NCBI GenBank assembly: GCA_964291235.2
Contig: OZ219816.1
Location: 1,568,001-1,632,000, forward strand
Direction of reading: 5' to 3'
DNA length: 64,000 nt
Source of the DNA: Vicinamibacteria bacterium
Lineage (GTDB): Bacteria; Acidobacteriota; Vicinamibacteria; Marinacidobacterales; Marinacidobacteraceae
The notes under the pieces are model-generated. The model ran no database searches, had not been told where the DNA came from, and saw nothing but the letters and a program-made list of their open reading frames with translations. A program made the translations under genes and the position numbers. Below, piece after piece: positions 56,630 to 64,000 of this stretch (the first letter of the stretch is position 1; every line of letters begins with the position of its first letter).

Positions 56630-57829
56630 TCACGAAACCGTGACCGCAATGCGATGCATCGCGTTGTTCAGGTAACCGCGCGGGTTCCAGCCCGGCACGA
56701 CCATCGGTTGCTGGCGTCCCCGGTGGTCCGTCGCTCGCGCCCAGACCTCGTAGTGTCCTGGAATGTCAAACGCTACGGAACCCTCAAAACGCTGCCAGGC
56801 GAACGGGTTCTCGGGTTCCTCCAGCCGGCATTCGAGCCACGTCGCCCCGAAATCGACGCTCAGGTGCATCGCGTTCACCGGGCCGTCGCCGGCCCAGGCC
56901 CAGCCGCGCAGAGCGAGCGAACTCGCGACCGCGTGGCGGACGCCGGTCTGGGGCCGGGTGATGATGGATTTCACCGGCATGGGGCCGATGATTTCCATGT
57001 CCTCCTCCGGCACGTCGGTCCCGGGGGCCACCGGATACCGGGGTACGCGGTAGGAAAAGCCCGTCATTTTCGGACCATCGTGCACTTGATCGCGAACCCA
57101 GAGCCGCCGTAGCCACTTGCCGCTCGCTGACGCGGGGTAGCCCGGCGCCACGACTCGCAGCGGGAAGCCGTGGTGGGGCGGCAACGGTTCGCCGTTCATT
57201 TCCCACGCGAGCAGGGTGGAGTCGTCCATTGCCTTGGACAGCGGAACCCCTCGGGAGATCGGAACGTCTTCGGGATTTCCGCTCAGATGCGGATCCTCGC
57301 CGTAGTACGCGACAAAGACAGCGGTGTCGAGCACTCCGGCGGCAGCAAGCACGTCCCGGAGACGAACCCCGGTGTAGCGCGCACAGCCCACGGCGCCGAG
57401 CCACCACTGATTGCCCGCCGCTCCCGGCTCGAAGGCCGCCCGCCCGTTTCCCGCGCATTCGAGGACGAGGGACCGGGTCACGTTCTCGAAGCGCGACTTG
57501 AGATCGTCGAGCGACAGGTCCAGCACTTTTCCGACCTCGCCGTCGATCGTGAGCGACCAGCCTTCGAGATTGCCGGACCGCGCCCGCTCCGGCAGCGCGC
57601 CGTTGTTGCGGACGAAGTGCTTGTCGTTGGGCGTGTTGCGCGGGTCGAGATCGGCCACCAGGGTCTCGGCATTGACCGGACGCTCGCTCAGAATGCGGAG
57701 GCCACTCTTCCCGAAGACCGTGCCGCCACCCTGGGCGGCCGCCCGCTCGAGGGCGAGGGCGCTCGCGCCGGCGGCTCCCGGAACCGACCCGAGGAACCGC
57801 CGTCTCGACAGGAGATGGAGAGGTTTCAT
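56630..57829 (-). CDS. sulfite oxidase family molybdoenzyme (SorA-like), Tat-exported
   Basis: SRRRFL, HFVRNNG, LECAGNGR (Mo-ligating Cys), HGFPLR, KWL and WNPRGYLNN. Confidence 0.92.
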   Translation of the reverse strand: MKPLHLLSRRRFLGSVPGAAGASALALERAAAQGGGTVFGKSGLRILSERPVNAETLVADLDPRNTPNDKHFVRNNGALPERARSGNLEGWSLTIDGEVGKVLDLSLDDLKSRFENVTRSLVLECAGNGRAAFEPGAAGNQWWLGAVGCARYTGVRLRDVLAAAGVLDTAVFVAYYGEDPHLSGNPEDVPISRGVPLSKAMDDSTLLAWEMNGEPLPPHHGFPLRVVAPGYPASASGKWLRRLWVRDQVHDGPKMTGFSYRVPRYPVAPGTDVPEEDMEIIGPMPVKSIITRPQTGVRHAVASSLALRGWAWAGDGPVNAMHLSVDFGATWLECRLEEPENPFAWQRFEGSVAFDIPGHYEVWARATDHRGRQQPMVVPGWNPRGYLNNAMHRIAVTVS

Positions 57830-57946
57830 GGGCCGGGGATGCTAACCGACGCCCGGGCCTTCCCGGAGGAATCCCGCCGGTATCCCTCCGGGTCGGAGAC
57901 GATCGCCTTCTGCCTGCGTGCGCTACACTGGTTTCCGGTTCGTTTC

Positions 57947-58154
57947 GCGAGGCGCGCGGGACGTCCCGACCAGTTCCGATTTCGGTCGGAGCCGGCCCTG
58001 CAGTCGGGTGGCTTCCATAACGCAGATCGCTCTGGTCCTTTTGCTTGTTTCGCCGTAAGGCCTTGACGGCCCGGCGCAGACGACGCCGCAAGCCGGGAAG
58101 CTGACACAGCCTCGCTTCCCGCCGACCTTTCGGGGCGGACCTTGGTTCGCCCCG
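57947..58154 (+). ncRNA. candidate structured RNA (unidentified)
   Basis: Nested stems: 57947-53/58109-15, 57965-70/58003-08, 57975-80/57985-90 (TTCG loop), 58011-16/58096-101, 58052-56/58066-70 and 58131-37/58148-54; upstream TACACT at 57924. Confidence 0.35.
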
Positions 58155-58190
58155 AACCTCCTCTCGGACCGTTGAACAACGCCATTTCCC

Positions 58191-58757
58191 ATGCCCACAC
58201 CGCCGAACGGCTACGCCGTCACGGACTCCAAGCCGGCGGGAGAGGTGTACCTGGAAAGCGCGCGCTTCGAATTCACACGGCTGCGCCGCCTCGCTGAGGC
58301 GGCCATTCGGCAGGTTCCGGAAGGCGCCGCGCTGCATCGGCGGTCGTCCGAGGAAGCCAACTCCATCGGAATCCTGATCCGCCACCTGGCCGGCAACATT
58401 CGGTCTCGCTGGACGGATTTTCTGACCACGGACGGGGAAAAGCCGGATCGCAATCGCGACTCGGAGTTCGAGCCCTGCGACCACCTGAGCAGGGAGGACC
58501 TGCTCTCCGAATGGGACGGCGCGTTCGCGCTCATCGACGAGGTGCTGTCCGGGCTCCGGCCTTCAGACCTTGGACGAACCGTCTTCGTCCGCGGCGAGGC
58601 GTTCCTCGCCCAGGAAGCTATCCAGAGGCAGGTCATCCACCTTGCCTACCACGTTGGCCAGATCGTCCTGCTGGCTCGCGCAGCTACTCCGGAATGGATT
58701 TCGCTTTCCATTCCGCGCGGAGCAAGCCCCGACTTCCGGAGGCAGTACAAGAAATGA
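58191..58757 (+). CDS. DUF1572 / DinB superfamily protein
   Basis: NSIGILIRHLAGN..SRWTDFLTTDGEKP.RNRD.EF and HLAYHVGQIV. Confidence 0.9.
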   Translation: MPTPPNGYAVTDSKPAGEVYLESARFEFTRLRRLAEAAIRQVPEGAALHRRSSEEANSIGILIRHLAGNIRSRWTDFLTTDGEKPDRNRDSEFEPCDHLSREDLLSEWDGAFALIDEVLSGLRPSDLGRTVFVRGEAFLAQEAIQRQVIHLAYHVGQIVLLARAATPEWISLSIPRGASPDFRRQYKK

Positions 58758-59404
58758 GATTCCCGGCCCCCGACACTCCCCCACCGATCCGTCCGGCGCG
58801 CCCTGCGGCGCTCGTCGTTTTGGGCCTCCTCGCGGGCGGCTGCGCCGGTACCAACCGGCCGGCGGCCACGCCGCCGGACCTCGCCGAGGTCGGTGAGGCG
58901 TCCTGGTACGGAATCGAAGAGCGCGGCCGTCCCACTGCCAGCGGCGAACCCATGGATCCCGCGGCGCTCACCGCCGCGCATCGGACCCTGCCGTTCGGCA
59001 CCATCGTGGAAGTGATGAACGTCGAAACGGGCGCCACCGTCCACGTTCGCATCAACGACCGCGGCCCCTTCGTAGGGTCGCGTGTAATCGACCTGTCCCA
59101 CGAGGCCGCGCGCCGCCTCGGTATGCTGAGGATGGGCGTCGCGGAGGTGCGGCTGAGTATTCAGAGCGTTCCGCCGCGGACGCCGTTCACCGTACAGGTT
59201 GCCGCTTTCGGCCGGCGCCAGGCCGCGGAGGATTTCTCCAGGAAACTCCGCGCCGACGGGTATTCGGGAGTTGAGATTACCCGCGGGGAGGGCGTTCACC
59301 GGGTCCGGGTCGGCCGCTTCCTGAAGCGCTCGGATGCTGAACTGACGGCGCGGGCGCTGAAGGGCAATGGGTACGAGGCCCTGGTGGTTCAGGTCCAGCT
59401 CTGA
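58754..59404 (+). CDS. rlpA: RlpA family septal lytic transglycosylase lipoprotein with SPOR domain
   Basis: Lipobox LAGGC; GEASWYG, TASGE, AAHRTLPFG, RINDRGPF and IDLS; C-terminal VQVAAF..HRVRVG. Confidence 0.92.
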   Translation: MRFPAPDTPPPIRPARPAALVVLGLLAGGCAGTNRPAATPPDLAEVGEASWYGIEERGRPTASGEPMDPAALTAAHRTLPFGTIVEVMNVETGATVHVRINDRGPFVGSRVIDLSHEAARRLGMLRMGVAEVRLSIQSVPPRTPFTVQVAAFGRRQAAEDFSRKLRADGYSGVEITRGEGVHRVRVGRFLKRSDAELTARALKGNGYEALVVQVQL

Positions 59405-59473
59405 TCGAGTTCCAGGTCGAATCCCGAATCGTCGTCTCGCCCGTCGTTTTCCACCTCCGCGCCGGGAAAACGG

Positions 59474-60049
59474 TCATCCCGCCGGCGCGATGAGTACCTC
59501 GATTTCCTCCTCGGCGACCGTGCCATCCCCCGTTTCCAGGCGGGCCCGCACCAGCCAGCGGAAGCGACCCTCGAAGGACCGATAGGAAAAGCGGGCGTCT
59601 TCCGGCACGGGAACCTGCGACGCGCGCTCCCAGCGTTCCGCCACCGCGAGCGACTGCTCGCCGGAGAGTTCGTGATCGACGGACAGCACTTTCCGACTGC
59701 TCCCGTCCGCGTCCCGCTGCTCGGCGGTCAGGGTGATCACGAGCGCCTTGATCTCGACCGGCCGCCTTGTCACGATGCGGACCGCGCAGTGGATCGCGCC
59801 CCCGGGCACGGCCGACTCGCTGAGGCCGAGATCACACACCGAAAAGGGATGCCGCCCGAGAAACCACCCGGTCGCCCCCAAGGAGCGAATGACGAACAAA
59901 GCCACCAGCACCGTGCCGAGGAGCCACGGCAACGTCCAGCCGTAGAAGTTCGCCAGGTGGACAACGAAGAGCGCGCCCAGGACGGTGCCCGAGAGCGAAA
60001 GCAGCGTGCGCCGCTTGTCACGGGCGATGAGCGAGGTCCAGACCAGCAT
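59474..60049 (-). CDS. hypothetical membrane protein (2 TM + beta-sandwich-like domain)
   Basis: Two hydrophobic helices followed by a beta-strand-rich domain; occupies the gap between real genes. Confidence 0.6.
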   Translation of the reverse strand: MLVWTSLIARDKRRTLLSLSGTVLGALFVVHLANFYGWTLPWLLGTVLVALFVIRSLGATGWFLGRHPFSVCDLGLSESAVPGGAIHCAVRIVTRRPVEIKALVITLTAEQRDADGSSRKVLSVDHELSGEQSLAVAERWERASQVPVPEDARFSYRSFEGRFRWLVRARLETGDGTVAEEEIEVLIAPAG

Positions 60050-60103
60050 TGCCGGCCGTCAACCCCCGGAGAGAACCCGAATCCGCCGGCGGCGGCGCGG
60101 AGG

Positions 60104-60991
60104 ATGAACGGTGAACCGGATTCTAGGCCCCGCATTCTCGTCGTGGGTCACCTGACCGAAGATCTGACCCCTCAGGGACCCCGGCTCGGCGGCGCCGCCG
60201 CCTTTGCCGGGTTGCTGGCTCACCGCTTCGGCGCCCTGGTCACGATCCTGACCGCAGCCGACGCCGCCTTCCCGTATCGCGCACCGTTCGCCGGCATCCC
60301 GCTCCGCCGGCTGCCCTCCCGGGAGCGGACCCGCTTCCAGAACCGTTACCTGCCGGACGGCTCGCGCCGGCAGACGATCCTGACCCGGGCGGCAACCATC
60401 CCGGAAGAGGCCATCCGCCGCTCGGTTCAGGAACTTCCTCCGGGATCGGCGGTGTTCTACTGCCCGGTGGCAGATGAGCTCGGAGGGTCGGGTTCCCTGC
60501 CCCGGCCGCGCGGCGCCGGCGTTTTCGCGGGCGCCGCGCCCCAGGGCCTGCTCCGGCACTGGGACTCCGCGGGCCGGGTTTCGATTCGCTGGTCGTCGAG
60601 AGTTCCCGAGCGACTCGCCGGTCTCGACCTCGTATCGCTCTCGGAGGCCGAGTTCCCTGAGGGAGCTCGCCTCACCGCCCCCTGCGTGGCGGTGACCCGG
60701 GGCCGCCGGGGGGCAACCCTTCATCGGCCGGGTCTTCCGCCTCTCGAGATCCCGGTTGTGCCCGGGAGCGAGGCCGATCCCACCGGGGCGGGTGACGTAT
60801 TCGCCGCCGCCCTGCTGGTCGGGCTCTGGCGCGAAGTGCCGGTCGAACGGGCCACTCAACTGGCCGCCGCGGCGGCGGCCATCACGGTCGAGTCCTTCGG
60901 TACCGACGGCATCCCTACGCTTGCCGAAGCGAGCGTCCGGCTCAGCGCGTCAGCATCGGGATCGCGTCCGGACTCACCCGGGCGCCGGTGA
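60104..60991 (+). CDS. PfkB family carbohydrate kinase
   Basis: LGGAAAF, VTRGRRGA and DPTGAGDVFAA. Confidence 0.88.
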   Translation: MNGEPDSRPRILVVGHLTEDLTPQGPRLGGAAAFAGLLAHRFGALVTILTAADAAFPYRAPFAGIPLRRLPSRERTRFQNRYLPDGSRRQTILTRAATIPEEAIRRSVQELPPGSAVFYCPVADELGGSGSLPRPRGAGVFAGAAPQGLLRHWDSAGRVSIRWSSRVPERLAGLDLVSLSEAEFPEGARLTAPCVAVTRGRRGATLHRPGLPPLEIPVVPGSEADPTGAGDVFAAALLVGLWREVPVERATQLAAAAAAITVESFGTDGIPTLAEASVRLSASASGSRPDSPGRR

Positions 60992-61571
60992 CCCGCCAGG
61001 CCCAGATGCCGCGACGCTCGAAGAGAATGTCGGCCCATAGCGGGTTCTCTTCAGGAGAATCGCGTTCGACTCCCAGCCGGACGGCGAAATCGCTCCACCC
61101 CTCGTAGCCGGCACTCACGGACACCCCGCCGGCCTCGTCGGATGCGGGCTCGGCATCTCCACCGAGATCGAGGAAGGCGGACCACCCCTGCGCGGCCGCG
61201 GGCCCTTCCCGAAGCGCCCGGTCCACGCCTTCCGGCGACGCGAACTGGTCGATCATCGCCTCGCCGACCGCCACCGCCAGTTGCGAGCCGAGATCGGGCG
61301 CGGGTTCGGGGGTAGCGGCTCCGCCGTCCTCCGCAGGGGTGCTCTGCCGGCTCTGCGCCCGCCGGGACGCTCCGACCGTGCGGCGGAGTTCGCCCTTCAG
61401 ATTCTCACGCACTGCCTCGAAATCCACGAAGTCGTGGAGGGTTTCCGCGTCGCCGGCCGCCACCGCCTTGCGGATCTGCCAAGCCGCGAAGTACGGCCCG
61501 AGATAGATGCTGGCGCCGACGCCCAGAAAGACCGCCCAGCCGATCAGCAGATAAAGACGCCAGCGGCTCAC
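60942..61571 (-). CDS. DUF2939-like protein
   Basis: N-terminal TM then GPYFA..I..AV..GD...L...VDF.AVRENLK and FERRG..WRV; start estimated. Confidence 0.7.
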   Translation of the reverse strand: MSRWRLYLLIGWAVFLGVGASIYLGPYFAAWQIRKAVAAGDAETLHDFVDFEAVRENLKGELRRTVGASRRAQSRQSTPAEDGGAATPEPAPDLGSQLAVAVGEAMIDQFASPEGVDRALREGPAAAQGWSAFLDLGGDAEPASDEAGGVSVSAGYEGWSDFAVRLGVERDSPEENPLWADILFERRGIWAWRVTGARVSPDAIPMLTR

Positions 61572-61644
61572 TTGGGCAATACTAACGGCCGGGAACGTCC
61601 GGGGTTCCCGGGCAACCGCCGCGCACCGGAACTTCGGCAAAACA

Positions 61645-62610
61645 GTGGGAAAACTCGTCGCTCCTCCGGTCGAATCGATCGAATCCACCATCCACTTCCC
61701 GCTCTGCGGGGAATACTTCGGGGGACCCACCGAGGCGCACCTGGACCGCGCCATTACGCCGGACGAATGGGCGACCTTCGACCGTGACGGTTATCTCGTC
61801 ATTCCAAGGGCCCTCGGCGAGAGCGCACTGATCCGCCTCCTCGAGTCGGTGGACCGCCTCGATGAACGCGAGCGGAGGAGACTGCGGCTGGCCCCGGGCG
61901 ACATGATGTCCCGTTTCTCGGTCATCCGCTTCGATCCGGCCTTCCTCGAACTCGTCGCCTGGGCCCACACCTTTCCCAAGGTCTGGGACATCCTCGGCTG
62001 GAACATCCAGCTCTACATCTCGCACCTCGTGGTGTACCCGCCGGAAACCTGGGGCGGTGAGCAGTGCCGGGCGCCCGTGTGGCATCAGGACAGCGGGCGC
62101 CCGGTCCTCGAGCTGGAGCGTCCCGCTCCCCGGTTGTCGGTCAAGGTCGCCTACTGGCTCACCGACACCCACGGACCGGACCGCGGGGCCATGGAGGTCA
62201 TCCCGGGGAGCCACCGGCTCGACGCCCCGCCGCCCCAGAGCGAAGACCCCGCCTGGGACGGCAAGCGTTTGCTCGAAGCCTCTCCCGGGGATGCCGTGGT
62301 CTTCGATCGCCGGATCTGGCATCGCCACGGCAAGAACACTTCCGATGTCGTTCGCAAGGCGCTCTTCTTCGGATACAGCTATCGCTGGCTCCGCCCGCTC
62401 GACTATTCGGCGATGCCGGCCGATCTGCTCGAGCGGTGCGATCCGGTAGTCCGGCAGCTCCTGGGAGACGGACGGACAGAGGTCGGGTGGTACCAGCCGC
62501 AGCCCGAGGACGTTCCCCTGCGCTCGTGGCTCGCCGCCCGGGTGGGGGAAGCCGGGCTCTGGCGGCCACCCTCCTCACAGCCGCAGCAGGAGCTGGAGTC
62601 TCCCGAATGA
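61645..62610 (+). CDS. phytanoyl-CoA dioxygenase (PhyH) family 2OG-Fe(II) oxygenase
   Basis: [26 protein letters not shown] and R.ALFFGY. Confidence 0.88.
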   Translation: MGKLVAPPVESIESTIHFPLCGEYFGGPTEAHLDRAITPDEWATFDRDGYLVIPRALGESALIRLLESVDRLDERERRRLRLAPGDMMSRFSVIRFDPAFLELVAWAHTFPKVWDILGWNIQLYISHLVVYPPETWGGEQCRAPVWHQDSGRPVLELERPAPRLSVKVAYWLTDTHGPDRGAMEVIPGSHRLDAPPPQSEDPAWDGKRLLEASPGDAVVFDRRIWHRHGKNTSDVVRKALFFGYSYRWLRPLDYSAMPADLLERCDPVVRQLLGDGRTEVGWYQPQPEDVPLRSWLAARVGEAGLWRPPSSQPQQELESPE

Positions 62611-63050
62611 TCCAGCGAACCCTGGGCGCCGCTGCTCTCGGCTCGGCGCTGGTCCTCGCGACGGTCAGCCTCCCATCGGAATCGCCGGCGCAGCCAGCCG
62701 CAACACCCGGATCGATCGGCGAGCTGCGCGAGCGGGCCCGCGAGATCCTCGCCGGGGTTCAGGAACGCGAGGTCCCGCTCGTCGAGGCCCGCCGGCAGGT
62801 CGAAGAGTTGTTGCGCGACCTGAAGGCCGTGGGCGAGGCGGAAGGCTGGGCCCCGGCGAACCGGCGGCTCGAAATGACCATCGCCCGTCCCGAAGACCTC
62901 CGGCCGACACTCACGGAAAACTGTCCGCTGTTCTTCGAGGAGGAGCTGATCCGGTTGTGCCCGCTCGATCAGTCGCGTTCCGAGATCTGGGGCAACCAGG
63001 TGCTGGTCTGCGAGTTCGCCTGCGCGCCGGAATCGAATCCGGCCCGGTGA
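62607..63050 (+). CDS. hypothetical secreted protein with four C-terminal Cys
   Basis: ATGA and GTGA overlaps with both neighbours; signal-peptide-like N-terminus. Confidence 0.65.
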   Translation: MIQRTLGAAALGSALVLATVSLPSESPAQPAATPGSIGELRERAREILAGVQEREVPLVEARRQVEELLRDLKAVGEAEGWAPANRRLEMTIARPEDLRPTLTENCPLFFEEELIRLCPLDQSRSEIWGNQVLVCEFACAPESNPAR

Positions 63051-64000
63051 CGGTGGGTAGCGGACGCTCTCGCCGGGCGCTGAGGCCGCTCTATCGGCCG
63101 GACGACGCGCCGAACAGCGAAGAACGCGCCGGGCTTCCCGGCGAATCGCCGTTCACGCGCGGCATCCGCTCCGGCGGATATCGCGACCGACTCTGGACCA
63201 TGCGCCAGTACGCGGGGTACGCAACCGCGGCGGAGTCCAACCGCCGCTACCGGTACCTGCTCGAAAGCGGACAGACGGGCCTGTCGGTGGCCTTCGATCT
63301 ACCGACCCAGATCGGCTACGACTCCGATCACCCGTTGGCAGCGGGTGAGGTAGGCCGGGTCGGGGTCGCCATCGATTCGCTCGATGACATGGAAACGCTC
63401 TTCCGGGACATCGCCCTCGACGGCGTTTCGACCTCGATGACCATCAACGCGACGGCTCCCATTCTGGTCGCGCTCTACGTGGCGGCTGCCCGGCGCCAGG
63501 GCGTTCCGCTCCCCAAGGTCGCCGGAACGGTGCAAAACGACATCCTCAAGGAGTACGCCGCTCGCGGCACCTGGATCTATCCGCCCGAACCCTCCATGCG
63601 GCTCGCCACCGACCTGATCGAGTGGTGCCGGCGCGAACTGCCGCGCTTCCAGCCGGTAAGCGTGAGCGGGTACCACATGCGGGAGGCCGGGTGTACCGCC
63701 GCCCAGGAGGTGGGATTCACGCTGGCCAACGGGCTCGCCTACGTCGAATGGACCGTGGAACGGGGACTGTCGGCCGACGAGGTGGCGACGCGCGTTTCGT
63801 TCTTCTTCAATGCCCACCGGGACTTTCTGGAAGAGATCGCCAAATTCCGCGCCGCCCGCCGACTCTGGGCGAGGCTGTTGCGCGAACGGTTCGGCTCTCA
63901 GAGCCCGCGGGCCCAGATGCTCCGGTTTCACGCTCAGACCGCCGGGTCCACCCTCACCCCCCTCGAGCCGCAGGTGAACGTGGTCCGAACGACGCTGGAG
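63047..64000 (+). CDS. methylmalonyl-CoA mutase family, N-terminal catalytic subunit (runs off window)
   Basis: Not in the ORF track. Manual translation: [58 protein letters not shown] and HAQTAG. Confidence 0.95.
   Translation, partial: MTVGSGRSRRALRPLYRPDDAPNSEERAGLPGESPFTRGIRSGGYRDRLWTMRQYAGYATAAESNRRYRYLLESGQTGLSVAFDLPTQIGYDSDHPLAAGEVGRVGVAIDSLDDMETLFRDIALDGVSTSMTINATAPILVALYVAAARRQGVPLPKVAGTVQNDILKEYAARGTWIYPPEPSMRLATDLIEWCRRELPRFQPVSVSGYHMREAGCTAAQEVGFTLANGLAYVEWTVERGLSADEVATRVSFFFNAHRDFLEEIAKFRAARRLWARLLRERFGSQSPRAQMLRFHAQTAGSTLTPLEPQVNVVRTTLE

Noticed and set aside
57830-58190. Moco riboswitch upstream of the molybdoenzyme (minus strand)
   Set aside because: Could not match the consensus by eye; kept only as an unidentified RNA candidate pending cmscan.
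60942-60991. 50-bp convergent overlap of the PfkB and DUF2939-like genes
   Set aside because: Both tails look non-conserved; common stop-codon drift in GC-rich genomes.

Overview
GC-rich (roughly 70% by eye) bacterial chromosomal window. The fused rplM-rpsI-rpsB-tsf-pyrH-frr operon and the many secreted peptidases, PQQ and DUF1080 proteins suggest Acidobacteriota or Gemmatimonadota (inference only). Most of it is housekeeping and catabolic genes. The notable points are: (1) a PCYCGC-type protein whose reading frame continues through an in-frame TGA in a UxxC motif followed by a SECIS-like hairpin, i.e. a probable selenoprotein (55504-56094). It is bracketed by two inverted copies of a mini-MITE and converges on a SorAB-type sulfite dehydrogenase. 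(2) A REP/REPIN-like palindromic repeat family with compensatory changes, nested copies and an iterated end. Two inverted halves of it enclose a vapBC + lipoprotein + tyrosine-integrase block that has a candidate 13-bp att core inside the REP palindrome. (3) A DUF2442/DUF4160 toxin-antitoxin cassette between two 128-bp copies of the 3' end of gntP. (4) A PptH-like hydrolase / Sfp PPTase / alpha-beta hydrolase trio with no carrier protein nearby. (5) An unexplained structured intergenic RNA candidate (~57947-58154). I saw no tRNA, rRNA or CRISPR array. All family assignments come from motif recognition by eye, not database searches.
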